NCBI GenBank assembly: GCA_049516595.1
Contig: JBEKSY010000002.1
Location: 17,982-81,981, forward strand
Direction: 5' to 3'
DNA: 64,000 bases
From: Anaerolineales bacterium
GTDB taxonomy: Bacteria > Chloroflexota > Anaerolineae > Anaerolineales > RBG-16-64-43
The stretch's first letter is position 1. Every line of letters begins with the position of its first letter. This document shows, in pieces, positions 60,217-64,000 of this stretch. The notes below the pieces were generated by a model that worked only from the letters and a program-made list of their open reading frames with translations, searched no databases and was not told where the DNA came from. The translations under genes and the position numbers were made by a program.

Positions 60217-61551
60217 ATGAGCAGCACAGGCGACCAGATCCAAACCGTTGGGGTTGTTGGTCTCGGGAAGTTAGGCGCCCCTTTGGCCGCGGCAATTGCG
60301 GCACAGGGAATCCCTGTAATCGCCACAGACTTGGACGCAAGAAAAGTGGAGAAGATCAACCGGGGGATTGCTCCGGTCGCCGAGACCCAGCTGGAAGAAT
60401 ACCTGGCACGGGCTCGGGGGAAACTTCGGGCGACTACGGATATCGTCGAGGTGGCGGCCAAGGGGGGAATTGTCTTTGTCATCGTTCCAACCCCCAGTGA
60501 ACCTCACGGAGGGTTCTCTCTCCGGTATGTGCTTCCGGCTTGCGAGGCCATCGGAAAAGGATTGAAGAATCGCACGGATTTCCCGGTCGTTGTCATCACC
60601 TCGACGGTAATGCCAGGCTCGACCGGGGGGCCCATTCGGGAATGCCTCGAGGTGGCCTCCGGATCCAAGGCCGGAGCCGATTTTGGATTGTGTTACAGCC
60701 CCGAGCTTATCGCGCTGGGAAGCGTGATTCACGACTTCCTCAACCCGGATTTCGTGCTGGTCGGCGAGTCCGATGGTCGCTCGGGGGATCTCTTGGAAAG
60801 GTTCTATAGGTCCGTCTGCCAGAACGTGCCCTACATCGCTCGCATGAACCACGCTAATGCCGAGCTTTCGAAGCTGGCCGTCAACACGTTTGTGACCACC
60901 AAGATCGCGTTTGCGAACATGCTGGCCCAGATCTGCGAAGGGATCCCGGGGGCAAATGTGGACGTCGTCACGGGGGCCATTGGCCACGATAGCCGCATCG
61001 GGTCGAAGTATCTGAAGGGAGCGGTCGGCTATGGTGGTCCCTGCTTTCCCCGCGACAACCTGGCCATGGGAGAGGTGGCGCGTGAGGCGGGGGCCGTGGC
61101 GATCCTGGCTGAGGCCACGGACCGGTCCAATCGCAATGAAGTTCAGCGGCTGGTCTCAAAGGTCAAGCACTATTATCGCCCGGGGATGCGCGTGGGAATC
61201 CTTGGCCTCTCGTACAAACCCAATACCGACGTGATTGAGGAGTCCCAAGGAATAATCCTAGCCCAGACTCTCTTGGAAGAGAATATGGATCTGGTTGTGT
61301 TCGATCCGATGAGCATGGCCGCTGCGCAGGTTGTGCTGGGGGATCGCCCGGCCTATGCCGGGAGCACCCAGGACTGCCTTGAGCATTCGGACTTGGTCAT
61401 TATCATGACTCCCTGGAAAGAGTTCTCTGAAGCGGATCGACTGGGAGCCAGGGCCAGGGTCCTCATTGATGGGTGGAGAATTGCCTCGCCAGCGCTCCAG
61501 GAAAGCGTGGCGACGTACGTACCCTTGGGGGTCTCGCCTTCCCGCAGCTAG
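60217..61551 (+). CDS. nucleotide-sugar 6-dehydrogenase (UDP-glucose/GDP-mannose dehydrogenase family)
   Basis: N-terminal VGVVGLGKLGAPLA Rossmann motif, catalytic Cys region GYGGPCFPRD, C-terminal LGLSYKPNTDV. ATG 60217. Confidence 0.85.
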   Translation: MSSTGDQIQTVGVVGLGKLGAPLAAAIAAQGIPVIATDLDARKVEKINRGIAPVAETQLEEYLARARGKLRATTDIVEVAAKGGIVFVIVPTPSEPHGGFSLRYVLPACEAIGKGLKNRTDFPVVVITSTVMPGSTGGPIRECLEVASGSKAGADFGLCYSPELIALGSVIHDFLNPDFVLVGESDGRSGDLLERFYRSVCQNVPYIARMNHANAELSKLAVNTFVTTKIAFANMLAQICEGIPGANVDVVTGAIGHDSRIGSKYLKGAVGYGGPCFPRDNLAMGEVAREAGAVAILAEATDRSNRNEVQRLVSKVKHYYRPGMRVGILGLSYKPNTDVIEESQGIILAQTLLEENMDLVVFDPMSMAAAQVVLGDRPAYAGSTQDCLEHSDLVIIMTPWKEFSEADRLGARARVLIDGWRIASPALQESVATYVPLGVSPSRS

Positions 61552-61622
61552 CGAGGCAGGGGCCCAACTCGGGTTGGGCGGGGGCACCTGGCCGCGTGCC
61601 GCACGAGACATCGGAGGAGACC

Positions 61623-62639
61623 ATGGACTGGTCAAAGCGCAGGGTCCTCGTGACCGGGGGTGCTTCTTTCATCGGCTCTCATCTGGTAGATGCTCTCGTG
61701 GAGCGAGGGGCCGTGGTGCGGGTTGTGGACAACCTGAGCAGCGGTCGACTGACGAATATCCAGCAGCACGTGGATGGGAAGCGCATCGAATTCATGCGAG
61801 GAGACTTGCTCGAGCCCGCTCTGGCGCGTCGCGCCCTAAGCGGAAGGGAAGTGGTGTTCCACTTGGCCGCGGATCATGGGGGGCGAGGCTACGTCGATTT
61901 GCATCAAGTGGAATGCTCTACGAACCTGATCCTGGACGGATTGCTGTTCAAGCTGGCGCACGAACTGAGGATCGAGAAGATCGTGTTTGCCTCCTCGGGT
62001 TGTGTCTATCCCAATTACCTGCAGACAGACATTCAAAAGGAAATCTACCTTACTGAGGACTTGGTGAAGCCGCCCTATGACGCGGACAACCTATACGGCT
62101 GGGCCAAGCTGATGGCCGAGTTGTCGCTCCAGGCCTACTTCCAACAGAAAGGCTTGAAGTCGGCGTGCTGTCGCTACTTTACGGTCTACGGGCCGCGGGG
62201 TGTAGAGAACCACGCCGTGATCGCCATGATTGCGCGGGCTTTTCTCAAAGAGGATCCCTTCGAGGTGTGGGGGACCGGCGAGCAAATACGCAACTGGACC
62301 TACATTGATGATATCGTCTCGGGTACCCTCCTCGCTGCGGAAAAGATCGATGACGGCAGCCCGGTCAACCTGGGAACGATGGAGCGCATCCGCGTAATCG
62401 ACGCGGTCCATGAGGTGCTGCGATATACCGGCCACACGGCCCGGATCCGCACCCGACCGGAAATGCCTACTGGGCCGATGAATCGCGTCGCGCACAACGG
62501 CTTGGCGAAGCAGCTTCTGGGTTGGGAACCTGCGGTGCGCTTTATCGATGGGTTGCACCGGACGATTGACTGGTACTTTGCGACCAAGAGCCAAGGAGAG
62601 GTTCAGGCGACTCTGGGAAGGATGCTGACCGAGCGGTAG
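61623..62639 (+). CDS. extended-SDR nucleotide-sugar epimerase (GDP-mannose-3,5-epimerase-like pattern)
   Basis: VTGGASFIGSHL, HLAADHGGRGY, ASSGCVYP, YGWAKLMAE (YxxxK), RYFTVYGPRG. ATG 61623. Confidence 0.8.
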   Translation: MDWSKRRVLVTGGASFIGSHLVDALVERGAVVRVVDNLSSGRLTNIQQHVDGKRIEFMRGDLLEPALARRALSGREVVFHLAADHGGRGYVDLHQVECSTNLILDGLLFKLAHELRIEKIVFASSGCVYPNYLQTDIQKEIYLTEDLVKPPYDADNLYGWAKLMAELSLQAYFQQKGLKSACCRYFTVYGPRGVENHAVIAMIARAFLKEDPFEVWGTGEQIRNWTYIDDIVSGTLLAAEKIDDGSPVNLGTMERIRVIDAVHEVLRYTGHTARIRTRPEMPTGPMNRVAHNGLAKQLLGWEPAVRFIDGLHRTIDWYFATKSQGEVQATLGRMLTER

Positions 62640-62821
62640 CCTTGTGAGGAGAAGGGGGAGCCTTCCATAGGATAGGTGGCGGCCGAACTCCCGGTCCATC
62701 TTATTGGGCCCGCGAGACCCCTGGGGCCCGAAGATCCTTGTGGAGGCGGCCATGACTTCGGGGGTCACGGACCGAATGGATTCATGCGATCGGTTGAAAT
62801 AAGAACCTCAAAGGGCACAGG

Positions 62822-64000
62822 ATGAATTCAGTCTCCCGCGATCGGGTTACTCGGAGCAGAAGACAGTTCGCTCTGGGGGCGGCAGCAGTCCTGCTGGTCC
62901 TTCTGGTCGGAATCGCCCTGAATATCAGCGACTTGATAGTCAGCCTGCCGACGGGGGACGAAAGTGGCTATTTGGCGGACGGCGCCAGTCTCGTGGAAGA
63001 GGGAAAAGTGCTGGCGATCGGGAGCGGGCCCCTGCCCTCCTTGGTCAATGGCCTCCTCGATCTTCCCTTCCGGGGCGATCACCTGCGGCTTGGATTGGTT
63101 TCCACGATCCGCAGGTTCCTCACCTACGGGGTGATCGTGGCTGCGGTTTGGTGGGCGGCTCAACGAGTGGGCGGGGCGACAGCGGGTTGGATCGCATTCG
63201 TCATGGCAGCGGTGGGGCGCCCGGTGTCGGTCGCCTTGGAGAACTCCGCCGATGCGTTGTATACGTCTTTGTCAGCCCTTGCCTTCGCGCTGGGCGCTGC
63301 GATGCTATTGGACTGGCTGGACAGAAAAGGGCCACCGCGCCGATGGACGGGACGGTCCATCGCTCTGGGGGCAGTGCTCGGGACTTCCGCCCTGGCCCGG
63401 TTGGATGGCTTGGTCCTGGGGGTCCTCGTGGTGGCCTTCGCCTTGGGCTTCGGACTGATGGGCCGATGGCCTGCGGGCGACAGGCGCGCGCTCCGGCGAA
63501 TTGGGCTGTTCGGGTTGGCCGGCTTTGCCCTGCCGGTTGTGGGGTGGGTGGTTGTTTCAAGTCTCCTGAGAGGCAGTTGGGATACGCAGATTCTTCAGAG
63601 AAGCTATTTGGCATTTGAGCAAGGGCACAATTTCCTTTACTCGGGCCGCTTTGAGGTCCCGCCCCCCGTCTCGGCCGAGGATGTCTATGGGACCGCCGCA
63701 GGCAATCACTACAGCGTCTTGCGGGCCGTGGCCCACAATCCTCGCGCCTTTCTGGCGAGGGTTCCGCTCGTGCTTGCCAATGCCGTTCGGATGTACGAAA
63801 ACTCCTATGGGATCGTAGCCGGCCTCCTCGTCCTCCTCCTTGCGCTGGCTGGAGCCATCTATCTGGGAACCGTACTCCCTGCCCTCTTGGGTTTCGCCGG
63901 ATTGTGGTTCATTCCCCTCTTGGGTTACTTGCTCGCCTCGTACCGTCCCGGCTTCTTCAGCACGGTGTACCCGGAGATGCTGGTCTTGCTCAGCGCTGGG
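62822..64000 (+). CDS. GT-C-like polytopic membrane protein, 3' end beyond window
   Basis: Hand translation from ATG 62822 is open for 393 codons to the window end. It is absent from the ORF track because there is no stop. TM1, then LPTGDESGYLADG (acidic pair), then many hydrophobic segments. Confidence 0.7.
   Translation, partial: MNSVSRDRVTRSRRQFALGAAAVLLVLLVGIALNISDLIVSLPTGDESGYLADGASLVEEGKVLAIGSGPLPSLVNGLLDLPFRGDHLRLGLVSTIRRFLTYGVIVAAVWWAAQRVGGATAGWIAFVMAAVGRPVSVALENSADALYTSLSALAFALGAAMLLDWLDRKGPPRRWTGRSIALGAVLGTSALARLDGLVLGVLVVAFALGFGLMGRWPAGDRRALRRIGLFGLAGFALPVVGWVVVSSLLRGSWDTQILQRSYLAFEQGHNFLYSGRFEVPPPVSAEDVYGTAAGNHYSVLRAVAHNPRAFLARVPLVLANAVRMYENSYGIVAGLLVLLLALAGAIYLGTVLPALLGFAGLWFIPLLGYLLASYRPGFFSTVYPEMLVLLSAG

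Overview
High-GC (about 60-65% by eye), densely coding bacterial chromosomal segment. No rRNA, CRISPR array, transposase or integrase is visible. All calls were read by hand from the ORF track and raw sequence; no database search was possible.

Content in order:
(1) 1-10.2 kb: Opp/Dpp-type peptide ABC importer genes. These are two family-5 binding proteins, two separate ATPases, two permeases, and a fused double ATPase with its own promoter.
(2) 10.2-18.7 kb: CPBP protease, tRNA-Gln(UUG), glmU, a CorC/CNNM-type protein, cdd, recO, and a single-polypeptide glyQS.
(3) 18.7-28.7 kb: TPR protein, cdaA, cdaR, der, lepB, a small zinc-ribbon protein, a 0.7 kb stretch with no credible gene, an RlmD-like methyltransferase and an IMPase.
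(4) 28.7-36.4 kb: surE and nfeD on the minus strand, then lpd, lipB, a GNAT-like protein, a metallophosphoesterase with a strongly structured leader, and a DUF4349-like lipoprotein.
(5) 36.5-43.9 kb, minus strand: thiolase, galE, pcrA/uvrD, a PF04020-type membrane protein, a GNAT, a doubtful small ORF, and a methyltransferase killed by two adjacent in-frame stops.
(6) 44.5-46.1 kb: tsaE-tsaB-rimI.
(7) 46.3 kb to the window end: a surface-glycan locus. It has gmd, fcl, a GME-like SDR, a nucleotide-sugar dehydrogenase, Wzm/Wzt, a NodB deacetylase, one GT-A-like protein and three large polytopic proteins. Two of the three have GT-C-like acidic pairs, and one carries a PA14-like insert.

I found no recognisable defence, toxin-antitoxin or mobile system.

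Most unusual items: the make-up of the glycan locus, the PA14-like membrane protein, two about 0.8-0.9 kb gene-free gaps inside that locus (one packed with perfect helices), the structured leader at 34.4 kb, and the tandem-stop methyltransferase.
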